In this document: piece after piece, positions 61,534 through 64,000 of the stretch
Layout of the letters: each line of letters opens with the position of its first letter
How positions within the stretch are numbered: position 1 is the stretch's first letter
Assembly (NCBI GenBank): GCA_030295235.1
Contig: AP026133.1
Coordinates: 310,001-374,000 of the forward strand
Length of the DNA: 64,000 nt
DNA from: Fistulifera solaris
Taxonomy: Eukaryota
Direction: 5' to 3'
Translations under genes and position numbers: made by a program
The notes under the pieces: generated by a model
The model's input: only the letters and a program-made list of their open reading frames with translations
Told to the model about the DNA's origin: nothing
Databases searched by the model: none

Positions 61534-63923
61534 TTACTCTTCGTCAACCATTTCTTTCTCCGGAGTGGCATCGTCATCAGCTTTACCCGCAGCAGCCATA
61601 GCAGCGGCGGGGCGGACGGCTCTTTCCCAAGCATTGCGTTGACCGCACCCGACAAGACCATGTTAATGTCGTCGGAACTCTCAGAGAGAGGAAGAACGGT
61701 GATAATGATGGCGGCACCAAAACCCCAGCACATGGCGATCAAAACCCAAAAAGCGAAATAGCTCTTGGAGAAAACGCCGGCAGGGACAGAAAGAAGGGGC
61801 CAAACGACAATGAGAACCAATGTCAAGATGTATCCACGACGAACGATCCAGCGCTCGGCCTTCTGCAATACACGAGGATCTTTCTCGGCTTCTGTCAGAC
61901 CACGGCGATCATCTTCGACGAGTTTGATGCTAGCATCAAGAGTAGCAAAGTCATAATCCTGAGGATCGATGAAGACCGAGTATACATAGTGAATAAAACC
62001 AGAGGAGAGAATAGCAATCAAGTTGCCGCTAAGCATGACTTCGTTGGTACCCAAGGCATCGATGGAAATTTCACCACTCTGGATTGTAGCGGCAACTAAC
62101 CATCCCGTAACGGCCAAGGCAAGACCGCTCCATGCCGCAATAACGGCTCCAGTTCCAGACGCCTTCTTCCACGTCATCATATTCCAAAGAGGAAACACGG
62201 CAGATCCGATAACAACGCCCATGAAGAGATAGACCCATCCAAGGTTCTAGAAGAAGAAAAGTGGGTTAGACTGTTGTAGGCCACAATGTGTGGCATCAGG
62301 TACCGTACCAGGTACTTACCAATCCAATCTCGTAAAGAATGATGGAGAACACTCCCATGAAAGCACCAAAGACGACAATTACAACACGGGAAACAAAAGA
62401 ATTTGTTCACCAGTGGCTTCCGGGTTGATGTATTCACGATAGATGTCGTAAGCAACCAACGAGGATACGGCGATTGACTCGGCTGAACCGGTAGACACGA
62501 TGGCCATGAAGAGCATGATCAAGATCAGAGCAGCACCGGTGTTACCAAGCAATTCAACGGCAACAGCGGGAGGGACGAGTCCCGAACCCGCTTCGCTGGA
62601 GCTAATGGGCAACATGAGGGCAGTCGAGGCCAAACCGAGAGACGTGGCGAGCGAGAAAGGAATGGAGAACCAGCAGATTCTGAAGAAGGGAAACAAAAGA
62701 GTGTCAGCTGACAATGTACTTGAGCATAGCGTTTTCCGCTACTAGTCTTGGACTACTTACCCTCCGAGCAAGTATCCCTTGGCGGCACTTTCTGGGCGAG
62801 CGGCAATAGCAGACTGCCAATAGGACTGGTCCACAAAGACAGTTCCGAAGTTACCGACAATGTTAATCAAACCAAACATGAGACCATCACTGGACAACAT
62901 AGTCAAAAAGGAGCCATCCTTGTTTCCAGAGACAGGCCCACAGGCGTATTTACCAGGTGCAAAGAACGTTTCGTTCTTCGTGGCGTCAAAAAGTAATCCT
63001 CGCAGAACGCAGTGTCACGCTCCACTGTCGACTTCAAGAAATCGTAAATGATGTCACTGCTATATTCCTTCACATAGACTAGGAAGACCATCGAAATGAG
63101 GACGGCGAAGATGATCATGGTGTGAAGGTAACTGGCCAAGAAGGTAGCTTGGAGACCACCCGAGGCCGTGTAAAGAATAATACCCCACGGAATCAAGAAG
63201 GAAGCCAGACGGTAATCCATACCGGTCAAGGCTTCCACGGTGGCGGCACCACCGAGCAAAAGCATCGATGTCACAATAATGTTTGCGCAGAAGCAAAAGA
63301 AGAGGAATGTCAGATGCGCCGTGCGTCCCCATCGAGCATTCACAATCTCAGCGACCGTGTGGGAAGAAGGCGCTACCTGCAGTTCAAGCAAGGTTCAAGT
63401 GAATGAAATGTTAGATACGCCGTGATATGCGCGTCTTTGACGTAAACGATTTACCTTTTTGAGGTTAATGGCCAAAACACCGAAAAGAAGAACTTGGATG
63501 GTAGCACCACTGGCGTACCAGAAAGGTCCCGAGACACCGTACGCCCAAGCGACGTTGGACGATTGAAGAAGAGTGGCGGCCCATGTCCACTGACTGATAA
63601 TCACGGAAGCTGTCAAACCTGTCTTGACCATGCGACCCGCGGTGCTTTGAATTCCCAGTAGAAAGTAACGTCAGAACCTATGACGAAGCGCGAACGATAC
63701 TTACAAAGTGATAAAGAACTTACTTAAAATGCTCACTGGTTTCATCTCCTTTTGCACCGTAATGCTTGTTAAGGAAGACCAGGAAGGTTGTAAAGACACT
63801 AAAGAACATGCCGAAACCGAGAACTACAAGGTAACCGACACCTTCCGACAAAGGAGAAGACCCACCGAAGTAGGAATCAACTCCCCTGTACCTTTCAAAC
63901 GGCGGGATTTCAATTTCAGCCAT
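61534..63923 (-). CDS. DUR3: Urea active transporter DUR3 (SSS family); several introns and frameshifts
   Basis: [88 protein letters not shown]. Corrected stop at 61534-61536. Confidence 0.95.
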
Positions 63924-64000
63924 GATTGCTTACAAGATACGGTATTAGGATCGCAGGTAATGCGCAAAATACCTCAAAAATTGTGTCAAAAGGATTTCAG

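Overview
A gene-dense, intron-poor eukaryotic nuclear window, most likely from a diatom. This is inferred from short GT-AG introns, bipartite signal-peptide + 'AF' plastid-targeting N-termini, and the presence of a carbamate kinase, an Hv1 channel and a DUR3 transporter. It holds about 33 protein-coding loci: the 3' end of a probable V-ATPase subunit A gene, an FNT/NAR1 transporter, TFIIF-beta, Hv1, rhodanese, RING-H2, PRPP synthetase, G3BP-like, carbamate kinase, TilS, prolyl oligopeptidase, Xi-class GST, pirin, an orphan ATP-grasp enzyme, a membrane-anchored tricorn protease, ankyrin, GPN3, a plasmepsin-V-like aspartic protease, NIT1, HlyIII, organellar PheRS, DENND4-like, DCP2, MCTP-like and DUR3. 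Many genes are split by single-base indels in homopolymer runs, probably assembly errors. I found no rRNA, tRNA, CRISPR array or intact transposon. The most notable observations are: (i) a type-II membrane tricorn protease; (ii) RxLx[E/D] PEXEL-like motifs in inserts of tricorn and Hv1, near a plasmepsin-V-like protease; (iii) an ~80-aa domain I do not recognise, shared by two neighbouring orphan genes; (iv) strongly over-represented TA-flanked 9-mers in non-coding DNA that look like DNA-transposon excision footprints; (v) a decaying island with in-frame stops. All calls come from motif recognition only; no database searches were run.
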